Source of the DNA: Rhina ancylostomus
Taxonomy: Eukaryota
Assembly: GCA_030265395.1 (NCBI GenBank)
Contig: JARFYF010000074.1
Span: forward strand, 29,805,645-29,869,644
DNA length: 64,000 bases
Direction: 5' to 3'
Part shown: positions 13,500 to 26,704 of the stretch, one piece after another
Layout: the number at the start of each line of letters is the position of its first letter
Position numbering within the stretch: the stretch's first letter is position 1
Program-made: the position numbers and the translations under genes
Notes under the pieces: model-generated
The model's input: the letters and a program-made list of their open reading frames with translations, nothing else
The model's database searches: none
Told to the model about the DNA's origin: nothing

Positions 13500-14200
13500 C
13501 ATTCAATATGTCCACATGAGCCAAATGTGAAACTAATTGCAGTATCCCACTTTCTCCCTATAGCCTTACACATTCCTCCATCTCAAATATTTACTTAAAT
13601 TCCCTTAAAAACAAAGGTTTCTGTCTCAGTGACTTGCTTTACCAAAGTGCAGTCACTCCTAAAACCCTTAGAACAAAGACATTTCTCCTCTCCACTCTCA
13701 TAGTGGTAACTAAATTGGCAATTGCTCAGCACTAGATCCTTAAAAGGAAGTGACCTTAATCCTTTTGTTCAATCAATAATAAGAGCTTATATTTATATAC
13801 CTATCATTTAACAAGAGAATTATCAAGTAAAATCTGACAATGAGCTACATTAGGGGATATTAGACGCATAACCAATAATTTGTCAAAGAGGCAGTTTTTA
13901 GGTGGTACCTTGAAAGCAGGAAAGAGTTGAGAGGCTGCAAACTTTTGGGATGATACTTCAGTGGAGAGATTAAACTGGAGGATGATCAAGTGGCCAGAAA
14001 CTGACACAGTACAACATCATAATTTTTAAAAGCTTGATCAACTTTCAACATACTTTGCTCCAACTGTATTTCACAGTTCTTATGTCATAACTATGTTTCC
14101 AGTGCCTGAAGAAATAATGCTGAATTGATACTCAAAGTTTAATATCTTTCTATAATTAGGTTGAACAAAACTGCACCTGGCATTCTGTGGCCTAAACCGG
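13500..14200 (-). mobile_element. Degenerate CR1 fragments with a nested L2 3' fragment (~13860-14010)
   Basis: CR1-tail-like text (TCCCTATAGCCT..AAATATTTA). The nested piece resembles the L2 fragment at 42863-43030. Confidence 0.45.
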
Positions 14201-14299
14201 TATTGTCCAATACATGAATCACTCCTCACCTGTGGCTAATTGGGAATCCCACATGCGACTGCACTTTTGATTGTATGCTTTCCTTCACTGGTTACTATT

Positions 14300-16620
14300 T
14301 ATTTGTTACCTGCCGAAATAAGGTTTAACACAGGTAAACATACCAGACTTCAGAATCATGGAACTAGCAGCAACTTTATACGAGAACCAAACTATGATTA
14401 CAGTCAACTCAGGAGATCGGAATTATCGGCAGAACTCAGTAAAAGCTAAGGTCAACCAAAAGGCAAGTGGCATATAACAGCGTGCATGGGCGAGTCATCA
14501 CGTTTAGCAACATAACCGAGGGCATCAAAGTACCGCTTTAAAGCGCGGTGCAAACGTCTCGAAGCCGCTACGAAAAAAGGCTTTAAGCAAACGAGTTCGT
14601 GTCAGAATTCCTGACTTGGTGTAAAAAAACTATCAAGTTTTGTTGGATGGCTGTCTATTTGTAAATATAGGCACGTAGTATGTGTTATTGATAAGTCATT
14701 TTCTTGCACAACTAGAGCACGCGCTAATGTAGCTGCCATTAGCGATTTAAATCGGACAACACCGACCCTATCGATGCCTCCGAAAATACTCAGCGCAGTA
14801 ACAAGTGAATGTTCATTAACGATGCAAAATCAACTAATTTGCGGCATTAGAACTATCTGTCCGTTGCTTCACTGGATCGTGCATTCAGGAGGGAACACGA
14901 ACAGAAGGAATCACAGACGCCAGACAGTTACAGCCAATCGGCAACTCAACGATCTTGTATTTCCATAAATACGTTATTTATATCAAAAGATGATGATCTT
15001 TTATAGCTTTTTCTATTAGCACCCGGACTCCAGGGGAGCTATACATTTAATTCCCTAAATTTCTTCATCCATCTCTTTATTTTGGATGCATCTTTTCATT
15101 GTATCGTTGCTCTAAAAACACATTTACCACCCGATTGCCCACTCTTGAGTTTCCACATTCCAGGCGACTCTAACATTCGTCATCGGTGCTGCCAAACCTG
15201 GGTCATCACATTTCAAGGTTGTGCTCCTTGTACCAAAGCAAGAGTGAGACGCGCACCCGAAATATTTTGAACAGGCCTGATCTCACTACCTTTTAGGAGA
15301 TTATACTCGGAATAGAGCGAGTACAGCGAAGGTTCACCAAATTGTTTCTCGGGATGGCGGGATTAATGGTTTGAAAAGAAAGATTAAGTAAACTGGGTCT
15401 GTACTATCTGGAGTTTAGAAATATGAGAGACCTTATGAAAATGCACAAAGACTTGTGGGGCTTGAGACGACAGATGCAGAGTTGATATTTCCCTGGGCTA
15501 GAATCAGGGTTGGGGTTGTGGAAGAAAATTCTTTACCCAGAGAACAATGACTTTAAAATTTACTCTCCAAAAAGGCTGCCAGGTCTCAATCATTCAGCAT
15601 ATTCAGGAAAGCAATTGATACAAATTTCGTTACAAATGGAATCATAGGTTGGATGCAGGAAGCAGTGCCGAATTAAAACATCAGCCATAAATGGCGTACA
15701 CCTACTTTTATTTTTTCTGCTCTTCTCCATCAATTAAACTAGACCGGGCACTGATCCTTTCGGGCAGAACTTCGGTCAGAATTTACTCCATTTTCAAATT
15801 GTGGTTGTATTCACGATAATACACACCGACAGGAGCGCCATCCATAAAACTACATTGCCAACACACAATTTTTCTGAATCACTAAGAAATCCCACATTTC
15901 ATCTGCTTTATTTGCTGAATTTCCTTTTAGAATCCACACCGTAATTTTTCTAACGAACATTTCACGAGATGCCTTTCTAAAAATCCATCTACGAGATTTC
16001 GTTTACTTATCTAACCACACATTTATTCATAAAATCTAAATAGCACCTTTTCCTATTAGCATGAATTTACATTATGCAATTTTAAGTTCAGGTTCATAAT
16101 ATTTTATTCCCTCAAATTCGATAATTTGTGCATCTTTGTCGTGTATATATGTTTTGCTCTCTGAATTATGTTTGGCAAGTTTCCCACTGATGTTTCAATT
16201 AACTTGGGTCGGACAGATCCCCTCTTCCCAAAGAATTTTTCCTCTTTCTTGTCCCCATTCCATAAATCATGATCTGACTCGTAGTCGCTTTTTTTTCGGT
16301 AGTAGCTTTTTCTCACCATCCCGTTCAATTTACTCCCGGAGAGTTAAAAATAATTCCAAAACCTGCTATTGATTACGAAATTATTTTCTTTTTACCACTA
16401 CTTCAGCTAGAGGCGGTTCATGGTTTTATGAAATAATCCATTGCTTTCTCAGCGGTGAAACGAAAAGCCGCCAATAAATTCAAACAGCATAAACAAAAAG
16501 ACACACTGAAGATGTCAAAATAATATGGTTAAGGATAATAGTTGGGGGAGAGCTGTACAGTAATCAGATATAGCCCAGACATGAAGAATGACCCTTGCTC
16601 GCTTCTGAGAGGGCATTTCC
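14300..16620. promoter_or_regulatory. CpG-retaining region, possible promoter or enhancer
   Basis: Visibly raised CpG density; CCAAT box (AGCCAATCG, ~14931-14939). Confidence 0.35.
15300..15725 (+). mobile_element. CR1 LINE 3' fragment
   Basis: GAGCGAGTACAGCGAAGGTTCACC..CTGGAGTTTAGAA..TTCTTTACCCAGAG. Confidence 0.7.
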
Positions 16621-16629
16621 GTCTAACCA

Positions 16630-18152
16630 GTGAATGAAAATAAAAACCTTGCTAACTGCCGGCTTAACATCGACCGTCTTGACTTTTCCACTCCCCTCTC
16701 GTGCTCTAACCTACCCTCTTCTGAACTTGCAGCTCTCCATTCACTAAGAATCAACCTTGCAATAGCCATCAAACCCACTAACATGGTCTGGCAAACTGAC
16801 CTCTGTCTCACAAAGGGCGGGCGTAAGCTCTCAGACACCTCCTCATACATCCTTTTGGATCTAGACCTCTCAAATGGAAGATCAGGCCATGGTCTTCCAG
16901 ACAGTCAATGACCTCAGGAAATCTTCGCTTCACAGCTTGCAGACTTCTGGTGTCCCAATCCTGCACAGCCCGCTTCTATCTCCTGTCCAAATTCCACGAG
17001 CAAGACTGCCCTGGCAGATTCGTTGTCTCCGTTGTATTTGCTCTAATAATGACACTTTCCGTACAGGTGCCACTGAAATGTCTTCCGTCTTCCTGAGCCA
17101 TGGCTTCGCCTCTACCATTGTTCAACAAAGCCCTTGATCATATTCTCGTCCATTTCCTGTGCCTCTGCTCTCCTCCAAAACAAGGTTAGAATTCCCTGGT
17201 CATCTCTTTCCACCCCGCCAGCCTCCACATTCAACAGATCAATCTCCACAATGTCTATCACCTTCAAAGAGCCTCTTATCATCAGACACATCTTTCCTCT
17301 CCTCTCAGCATTTCACAGTAACTGTTCCCTTTATGACTCCCTGGTCCACTCTCCCATTCCCATTAACAACCCCCCCCCCNNNNNNNNNNNNNNNNNNNNN
17401 NNNNNNNNNNNNNNNNNNNNNNNNNNNNNNNNNNNNNNNNNNNNNNNNNNNNNNNNNNNNNNNNNNNNNNNNNNNNNNNCCCCCTTCTTACAGCACTTTC
17501 TCTTATAACCACGGGCGATGAAACACTTGCCCTTTCACCTTTTCCCTTCCCACCACCCAGGGATCCAAACAGTCTTTCCAGGTGAAGAAGCGATTCACTT
17601 GCACTTCTTCAATCTAGTGTACAACATCTGGTGTTCACAATATTGTCTCCTCTACGTTGGAGAAACCAAATGCAGATTGGGTGACCATTTTGCATCTGGT
17701 TAAGTCCTGAGCTTCCGCTTGTCTATCAAGTTAATTCTCCATATCACTTCCACTGCCTGTTGGTCTGTATCCACCTACACTGTTACAGCGGCCAAAAGCA
17801 AGCTTGAGGAATGACACCCCACCTTCCATCTGCACATGTTGCAACCTCTGAACTCAGTTCTACAACTTCAGTTAATTTGATTTTTTTCTGTCTGTGTCAG
17901 TCGTCTATCTGTGTTATTAATTCAGCTAGTTTCTTTGTTTATATCTTTTTCTCTCTGGGGGTGGAGGACATGCCCATCCTGACCTGCTAGATATGTCTTC
18001 CTGCTCGGCATTTCACAACTCCTACCTTCTTTCGTCCGCTCCTTCCCAGTTCTAACCAAATGTCTTCCACCTGAAATGTTAACTCTGTTTCTCTTCCCAC
18101 AGATGTGGTCTGACCTACTGTGTATTTCCAGCATTTTCTGTTTTTATTTCAG
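16630..18152 (+). mobile_element. Penelope-like retroelement (RT remnant, GIY-YIG endonuclease, terminal repeat)
   Basis: Translations LAIAIKPTN, RCICSNNDTF and NLVYNIWCSQYCLLYVGETKCRLGDHF (GIY-YIG). Tail CTGAAATGTTAACTCTGTTTCTC..CAGCATTTTCTGTTTTTATTTCAG. Confidence 0.85.
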
Positions 18153-18169
18153 TTTAACAACAACGTTGA

Positions 18170-19750
18170 TGAAAAGTTGCGCGCTGAGCATCAGTTTGCC
18201 CCACACACACTTAAGGGTCCAGTAATGGTTACGGAGGCTGTTGAGAGCCCTCCATTTAAAAAAAACAACTTTCTTAAAAACTCTTAATGAATCCGTCCCC
18301 ACATCGCGGCAATACTTTGCAGTAAATACTGTTTCAAACTATAGTCGGAATTTAGCATGCTCTTTTTAAAAGGCGGAGGGTGAAGAAATAAAGAAACTTT
18401 ACTGGGCATCATCCCTGTTTTCCTTCCAATCCCTGACTAAAAGTCACGGGGAATAGTTGTTCCTTTACAAATGATCAGCACCGAGAGAATAGTCGCAGAG
18501 CAGCCTGATCTTCCCTTCAGTCAAACGAAGACCGAGAATCAGTTCGCTGAAATCCGTTGTTCAACATTCTTGTAACAACTGCTAAACTCTGTGCGTTTCA
18601 CTGCACAGTGAAACGTCGCTATGACCTTGTCAGGGTAGGTTACAGAGTTGGCCAAACATCGCAACGACTCCGTCTAACACTGGAGGATTCTGGAGATCTA
18701 CGGGTTGCCAACCAAGTTGTAGGGTTGTATTCGGACAGTCGCTGCCAGCCGGTTAATCATTTTAGATTGCTTGTGCATTTTAATTATAAGCAATGGAATT
18801 AGAAGCAGGATTTTCCCCATCACATTTAGTTCCTTGAATTGAACGATTGCAGGTTATATTCTTATATTCTGTTTACTTTTGATCGGCGCGTACAGAGGTT
18901 ACCCAACTTGGTGATTACTTTAAAACCACGATCTACAGAAATAAACTATAGTAGATGATTGTGATTTGTAGCTCGTAAGAAGATGTGCACATTCCCAGAC
19001 AAATTGAATTTCTCGTTGGTTTCCACCCGTTCATAATACAGTTGGGGAGCTCCGACATTCGTTCTGTGCGGGCCAATCGTGGCTCTTCCGATTGTTCTCA
19101 AACCGACCGCCCGGCTTCTTTCTGCGTCCTGAATTTCTCCTCACGAGCGATCAGACGAAGTACAGATTTTATCGACTACTCTGTTCGCAAAATAACCTGA
19201 TTTCCTCACGTTTTTTGATTCTCAAACATGTAATTAAAAAACGTAGCTATTCAAACAGTTTGAAAGAGAGCGCCCGGCACGACCCCCGGGAGCCCACCAG
19301 TGCTCTGATCACTACCATCTTGTCGCTCTGAAGGCATCGGCAACTTTTTCTGAATCCATGTCAAAAGGCAGAAAGCAAAGAGCAGTAATGATCGGATCCA
19401 AGAAGCTAGCTACTCAAACCGGTGTGCATGATGTACAATTCCTCCAAATCCTTCGAACACAACGTATTCAATTGCTTTTGATTTTTTCTTACATGATACG
19501 TTAAATGATCATAAACGTCCCCCAAAAACTCTAGAAATTGAAAAGAAAAACTGCTAAACTTTGTACTTTCTAGTAACATCCACGTTAAAGCAAGATTTAG
19601 AGGAGAAACATTGTCGGTTATCGCCAGAAGTTACCGAATCCATAAAGAGTTACCAGCCCCGTCTGTTTACATTAGCGTGCTTTCAACAGAAATGTGCGTT
19701 GGGCTGCCACTACCGTCCCCATCCCCCATTAGGAAGCTCTTGAAGCTCTG
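18170..19750. promoter_or_regulatory. CpG-retaining region, possible promoter
   Basis: Raised CpG density; GGGCCAATCG near 19070-19079; GC-rich patch at 19268-19300. Confidence 0.4.
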
Positions 19751-19949
19751 CGCTTCTTTCTGTAACAAAGATCCAATTAGTTCCCCTCTAGCAACACTCT
19801 CATCTGCCTGGCAGAACTCGTTCTTATCCAGAACAACTCTTTTATTCCTCGCACTTCCAACAATTCAAAGATGCCTGTCTCTTTCCTGGTACCACTCCCC
19901 AATCCTTTCTCCTTTACAGCGACAACTGCACTGGTACCGTGGAACTCGC

Positions 19950-21068
19950 CAATTTTATAATCTTTGCCACTAACTTCCACCCCTCTCGTATTCACAGACC
20001 ATTCTGGACACGTCTTCCTTTTCTGGATCTCTCTGTCTTCTTCTCAGGTGAGCTACATTGACTACCATTCCTTTCTCCAGATTTCTCTGTCTCTGCCACA
20101 TCTGAAAATGTGGCTTCCCTTCCACTGCAGTTGATAGAGCCCGCTCTCCTATTTCCTCAATTCCCCGTACTTCTGCCCCCACCCCACTCCCTCCAAAAGA
20201 CAGTTCCCCTAGTCCTCGTCTTTCACTCTACCCAGTACATCATTTTCGCTAGCTGTAACGGGATCCCGCTACTAGCCTCAAGTTCCTCTCTTCAACTCTT
20301 TCTACGTTCCACAGGGACCACTCACTCTGTTACTCCCTTGTCCACTAATCCCTCCCCACCAACCTTTACTTGACCCCTGGAAATTTCCCCTGCAACCTTA
20401 GGTGTTCCTACATCTCTCTCACCACCATCCAGGGATCAAAACAGCCCTTCCAGATGAGGCAAAGATGCATGTGCACCTCCTCTACTGTATTTGGTGCTCC
20501 TGATGTGACCTCCTCTCCATCAGCAAGACCAAGCGCAGACTAAGCAACTGGTGTGCAGAGAACCAGCTCTCTGTCCACAATGGCCATGCTGAGCTCCCAG
20601 TTGCATGCCATTTCAACTCCCAATTCCCACACCAACCTGCCCATCCTCAATCTTCTCCACTGCCAAAGTGAGGCCAAATGCAAACTTAAAGAATAACACA
20701 TCATATTCTGCCTGTGTAGTCCACAACCCAATGGTATGAACATTTGAATTTTCCAATTTCAGGTGACTCTTACCTCCTTGTGTTTTTTCTCAACCCCCCC
20801 CTTGCAATCCAGCTTTGTTCCTCCCATTTTTGCTTCCTCTTCCTCCTGGTTCCATCTACGTACTACCCATACACTTCACCCACCGGACCCACCCCCAACA
20901 CCCCCCCCCACCAAATCTGGTTCCACCTGCCCTTCATCTCTCCCTTAAATGGTTCCATTATCACTTCCCTTGCTTATCACATTCCAACCCTTGTCTCCAC
21001 CTATCACCCTCCAGCCTCTGTCTTCACCTTCCCCTTCCCCACCTAGCTCTGTTTCCTTTTTGTTTTTT
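19950..21068 (+). mobile_element. Penelope-like retroelement, second degenerate copy
   Basis: TACTGTATTTGGTGCTCC..TGTGACCTCCTC..AAGACCAAGCGCAGACTA (GIY-YIG region), then a pyrimidine-rich 3' region. Confidence 0.8.
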
Positions 21069-22079
21069 NNNNNNNNNNNNNNNNNNNNNNNNNNNNNNNN
21101 NNNNNNNNNNNNNNNNNNNNNNNNNNNNNNNNNNNNNNNNNNNNNNNNNNNNNNNNNNNNNNNNNNNNNNNNNNNNNNNNNNNNNNNNNNNNNNNNNNNN
21201 NNNNNNNNNNNNNNNNNNNNNNNNNNNNNNNNNNNNNNNNNNNNNNNNNNNNNNNNNNNNNNNNNNNNNNNNNNNNNNNNNNNNNNNNNNNNNNNNNNNN
21301 NNNNNNNNNNTTGTTTTTGCTGTCACTATGTCTCATAAACTGCAACTGAGCTTGTGACAGGGTAGTTCAATGTTCATTTCGAAGCAAACTTGGTAAAACC
21401 CAGACCTTTCTTGGAAAAAGAGCCATGGGATTGTTTTTATATACAATTTCCATTTGAGCAAGTAGATGGACTCTGACAATGAATTACTTCCTTTTCAATG
21501 CATTGCCAGTTTGTATTGTGTAAAATACTCAAATAATAGACTGGATCCTAAAATCACATTTTCACTCAGAAGGTTGAACCTACCTACAAAGACTGATTAA
21601 CATACTAAATAACTTTGTTGCTCATACACATTCAATTATTTGTCAGGAAAATGGTGGAAGCAAAGTTTGCTGGAGAACAAAAAACTGTTGAGAGCCAATT
21701 TACCTTAGATTTTGGATTGGGGTTGTTGGGAGTTTCCTGAAGGCTGACTGTGAGAAGGATGAAGGATGCTGCACATGAGATCCTGACTGGGCTGGCTCTT
21801 TGAAAGAGCAATCTATTTAATGACTTTTTTTTCCCCAAATCTTTTGATTTTGTTTTTTTAATTTCAGGCATAGTTGTACCTTTATCACTTCTAGTTCTGA
21901 CTGTTCTGGTGCTCTCTTGGTTGGCCCTCCATTTTTGAATTCTTGTACATTTGATATCCATCAAAACTCTGCTGCTTATTTTTAAAATCCCTCAAAGTCC
22001 TGTTTGGCCTACACAAGTTCGCATTTCAGCACCTCAAATCTTAAAATCTCATTGTTTTAATTCCTCCTTTCTTGACAAC

Positions 22080-22292
22080 CGCTTGTGCAATTTTCTGCTA
22101 AGGGAAGCAGTAGAGGCTATCTCATTAAATATATTTAAGACACATTTAGAGATTTTTTATAGTGGGGGAATTAAGGGTTATGAGGAAAAGGCAGATAGGT
22201 GGATCTGAGTCCATGGCCAGTTCAGCCACGATCTTATTAAACAGCAGAGCAGGCTCAACAGGCCTACTCCTGCTCCTATCTCTTTTGTTCTT
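22080..22292 (+). mobile_element. CR1 LINE 3' tail
   Basis: EAVEAISLNIFKTHLE..GIKGYEEKA; tail CCTACTCCTGCTCCTAT. Confidence 0.8.
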
Positions 22293-23269
22293 TCACCTTT
22301 CCAGGCACGTGTTTCTCTAATTTTGACACTTTCCTGCTCTTATTCACTCCAACATCAGTCATCATGCTTTTGGCTATTTCTGTCCTACACTTTAGAATAC
22401 CCACACTATATTTCTTGCTTTTCTCCTCAGGATAGTGATTTTGCTTTGATCATTTTCTTCATTACTGGTGGCAATTTAAAGAGGAACTGACCTGCTAATT
22501 TCAAAACTGAGTTAAAAGAACACAAAGACTAGTAGAAACAAAAAATGAAATGACTTTATCAAAACCTTCAACCACCCAAAGCTCTCATGCCTTTTTTTTA
22601 TTTAAAGACAGAAAAAAATAGTATTAAACAATCATTTCTCCAAAAAGAATAAAATGAGAGTCACAGAAGTGTATTTTGCAAGAAGATAACATTGCCAACC
22701 ACCCAATGCCTGCCACCAAAAAATGGTCATCATTTTGCATCAAGAAATACTGTTAAGAGCTTAAATTTGGTACATTAATCAAGTTAATTTACATACTTTT
22801 ATAGTGTTGAACAAGTGAATAGCTTTAAATGTGTGGGTCAAATTCGCACCCAAAATTATTCAAAAAATGTTTCTTGACTTGAAATGAAATTTATCACTTT
22901 AAAAACATCAATTTTCACTTAATGACTAAATTGTCAAGCAAATTGTAAAGACAAAATAAAAATTATACACTGCAAGGGCAATCAGCATATGCCAGTTCAA
23001 ACTTGGAGAAACCAGATCAGAATCAAATTTTGTCTATGCACAATGTATTCTTTATATTATTGGTCAACAAGTGCATGCAAATTCTCTATTATATTCTATC
23101 AACTTTTTAAATCAACAGCAATCACTTTGCATCCAACTACTCCTGTTACTTGACATTTTTTTAAAAAAAAAGGTTACATGAATAGAAGTCTAAACTTCTT
23201 TAAGCTGGCTATACTTAAGTTTCTTTTCAAAACTCCATTCTCTGTACAAGTGTAAAACTCACAAAGAAA

Positions 23270-24090
23270 GAGGAGTTCATCTAGCCCCACAAACCTGTTC
23301 AACCACTCAATTAGTTCATGATTGATCTGGAACTCAAATTCATATTGGTTTGTTCCACAATCGATTGGTATTCTTTACCTACAATAAATATATTAGCTTT
23401 AGTCCCAAAACTTCCAAAATGACTCCCTTCTCACAAACGTACAAATGGGAGAGCAATTTCCAACACCCTTTATTTGAAAACTGCACTTTCTGACACCTTT
23501 CCTAAATGTCCTAACCTCTAATCTTAAGATAATACCTCCTTGTTCTGGATTCCCTCATCAGAGGAAGTCAGTTCTCTATATTGATTCTGTTAATCACATT
23601 AAATAGCTAATTTTGATCACCTCTCAATCTTCCAGATTCCAGGGAATAAAACTCAAATGTAATGTCTTCATAATTTAACCTTGTATTCTATGGAATCAAT
23701 CTGATGAACCTGTACTGCTTTCAAGTCAATACATCTTGTTTGAGGTTTGCCGACGAAAATGAACAGTAGAGATGCATATAATAAGGATACTCCAAAGTAA
23801 TCATGAATGACTTTAGTCTACCTATAGACAGGTCAAACCAAATTCATAATAATACTATGAAGGATGAATTTCTGATGTGTGTATAGGATGATCTTTATTT
23901 AAAATCAGTACATCGAGGAGCCAACTAGAGAAGAGACTGAGTACTGCACAACGAGAAGGGGTTAGTTAATCCTGTTTTGCAGGATCTTTTAGGGAAGAGT
24001 GATATAATCCTTCTTAAGATGGAAAGTGCAGTAGTTCAATCCAGGGTCCTAAATTTAAACAAAGGAAACAACTAAGGTAGGAAGTAAGCT
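23270..24090. mobile_element. CR1 fragments (minus ~23270-23760, plus ~23790-24090)
   Basis: Reverse-oriented CR1 tail, plus an endonuclease-region remnant (CAGTACATCGAGGAGCCAACTAGAG). Confidence 0.6.
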
Positions 24091-24213
24091 GCCTAATCAG
24101 AGCTGATTTTTTAAAAAAAATGTAAAGTGGACATTACTAGGCACTGAACTCAAGAAATGAAAAGTAAAGTTCCATGCAACTTTCTTTAAAATAATTAGGA
24201 AAATCTAACTTGC

Positions 24214-25150
24214 CTTAAGTTAATATTTCAAACATTTTAAAATTAAAATCACTGCATTCAGTTTTATGGATACTCAAATATTTAGTATATGTTTGAAATG
24301 CTGCTTTTTGTGAATTTTGTATTTCAATAAATTGAGCAATGATTTACCCTAAATAATAAAAATTTCATTTTGAGGATCCAGCAGTTTCAGTTAAGTAATT
24401 GCATGTTAAATTGGACCATATTTTTCATATCCAAACTGCCTTGTCCATAGCTAGAAATTGGGTTATAACCATTCAAATTTATTTCACATCAGATCTTTAC
24501 AGACAAACTGAGGGAGTGTTCATTTAGCCTGGAATGAAATACACACCTTATACATGCAATTTTGGTACACTTACATGGAACCAACATTTTTCCAAGCTAT
24601 AAAATAACCAAAGTTCTGGGAATTCCATGGATCAGAAAAACAACAGAAGCACATTGTCTTTGCCCTAAATTTGTCCAAAATGTATTGATTTCAATTTGGG
24701 ATCTTTGGCAACACAACAAAACATTTCAGACCATTTTCTGAAAGGATATATTGTGGAAGTAATCAAGAAATTTTAGATCTTGACTTGTACTATGAAAGAG
24801 AGTAGTCTTATAATAAAGAACCCTTTAGTACTATGATCTTATCTGACAGAAAATAATTGGTATTGAGAGTGATGTACTTGCATTAAAAATATAATAATAG
24901 TATTTAAACTTACAGCCAATTGTCTAACTCTAAAGAAACAGTTGGCTAAGACAAATTAGGAAAGTAGATTTAAAGGTTTGACAATAGATAAGAAATGACA
25001 AACTTTTAAAGAAATATTTCATTCTGTTCAATGAATATACTTTACAATGAGAAATAAAATCCCTAATGAAAAATTATCTATCTGTAGCCATCCATGAAGA
25101 TTGTAAATCTCTTTTTAATCTAATGCAACATCATCAAGAGTAGTAAAACT
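24214..25150 (-). pseudogene. TOPAZ1-like C-terminal domain, block 2 (possible small intron 24738-24913)
   Basis: LDDVALD*KEIYNLHGWLQI ~ [20 protein letters not shown]. One frame from 24736 gives VAKDPK ~ VSKDPQ, FYSLEKCW ~ FYHKLLQW, KLHV*GVYF ~ KLYELKIHF and MDKAVWI ~ LDGAIWV (MDKAVW at 24431-24448). Ends at an AAG|GCAAGT donor-like site (24214). Confidence 0.72.
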
Positions 25151-25159
25151 GAGGATTAG

Positions 25160-26700
25160 GAGGTACGGGTCATGCTTTGTTGGATTCTGAAAAAACCTGA
25201 TAAAAAGAAAGAAAATACAATGAAGGTAGAGCAGTATGAAATAATAAAACCAAGCTGTAAGAAAGGATATATAAAGGAAAAGTATCAAGAGAAAATGTGG
25301 GTGCTTTGGGGGATAAGATAAAGCAGAGTAGAGTTGTGACTGAGACTAAGCAAACATTCAGTATGTCTTCAAAAAAAACCACAACTAATGTACCAGAAAT
25401 GCTAGAGGAAACAATGGACTAATGGAAGTGAGTAACTAAAAGCAATTAATGTTATTAAGAGAAAGTACCAGAGCATTCATTAGACTTAATACATCCCCTG
25501 GAGTTTAGATCCAAGGGTTTGAAATGAGGTGGTTGCAGAGATAGTGGATTAAAAGGTAACAAATGTAACATTGCTATTCAAGGAAGGGGAAGGAAGAAAG
25601 AAAATAGGATTGGTTAGCCTGATGACTGTCAGGAAATCAGAAGGTGCCTTTTTGTTTTAAAGAGTCGGAATAGGGTACTTCCAAATTCACAATTCATTTG
25701 CCTCAACATGGTTTCAAAGGGAAATTGAAAAATTTTATTTTGTGATTTAACTAACAGGATAGATAAAAATTAGTGGAGGTAGCAAAATTGTGTTTTCAAA
25801 AAGTGGCCACAGAAAAGTTACACTCAAAATAAGAGCTTATGAGACTGGGAAATTATACTGGTGTTGATGGAGGAATAGTTAACAGACAGATTTAAAGTAA
25901 ATTTGTCATCTTCAGTTTGGTTAATTGTTAAGAGGCATGGCATAACAATTACTGCTGGGTCCCAGCTATTTACACACTAAATTAATGACAAAGTTGAAGA
26001 AACCAAGAGTAATGTATCCAAATTTTCAAACACGACGAAGATTAGTGGGAAAGCAAGTTTTGAGGAGATGCAAAGCCAGTGGTAGAGGGGCTGTAACTTT
26101 GGAAAATTTACAGTTCACATGGTAAGAAGAACATTTTTTTAAGTAGTGAAAAGCCATCTAATGTCGGTGTTCTGCAAGACTGAATTTTTCTATGGAGCAC
26201 TAATATGCAGAAATAGCGAGCTATTAGGAAGCCAAATGATATAGTGAGGTTTATAGGAAGGGAGCTGGATTACAAAAGTTAGGAAGTTTTGCTGCAAATA
26301 TATGGGGTTTTGATCACTCTATATCTGTGTGCAGATTTGCTCTTTGCACTCAAGAAAGCCTAAGAGAAAATGCAACAGTTTCAAGTGATTGATTGGATAA
26401 GCACTTTGTAAATGAGATGAGATCAAGGTGAATTTAGCTATACTTTCTAGCGTTAAGAGCAGCAGCTGAAAAAGATCCTGCAAAGGACTGACAGGATAAA
26501 GTCTGAGAGGTTGTTTCATTAGGCTAGTGACCACAGAACCAGGAGCATCATCTTGGGATAAAGCATCAGCCATTTTTGACTGAGTTGAAGTGGGATTTCT
26601 TCACTGAGGTTTGAGTTTTCTGCCCCAAGGATGATTGATGTGAATGCTCAGTTGCTAAATGTATTCAGTACTGAGGTATATCATTGTGGTTAAAATCAAC
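25160..26700 (+). mobile_element. CR1 LINE ORF2 fragment inserted in the TOPAZ1-like coding sequence
   Basis: RT-region remnants (AAATGTAACATTGCTATTCAAGGAAGG, CTGGGTCCCAGCTATTTAC, ATCCAAATTTTC) and a CR1 3' end. Confidence 0.75.
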
Positions 26701-26704
26701 TGCT

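Noticed and set aside
22797-23155. Apparent TOPAZ1-like motifs (GCKVIAV, LNWHMLI, SQET)
   Set aside because: The same part of TOPAZ1 is matched better, and in one frame, at 24450-24214. These are probably chance matches in AT-rich DNA, and show the false-positive risk of aligning by eye.
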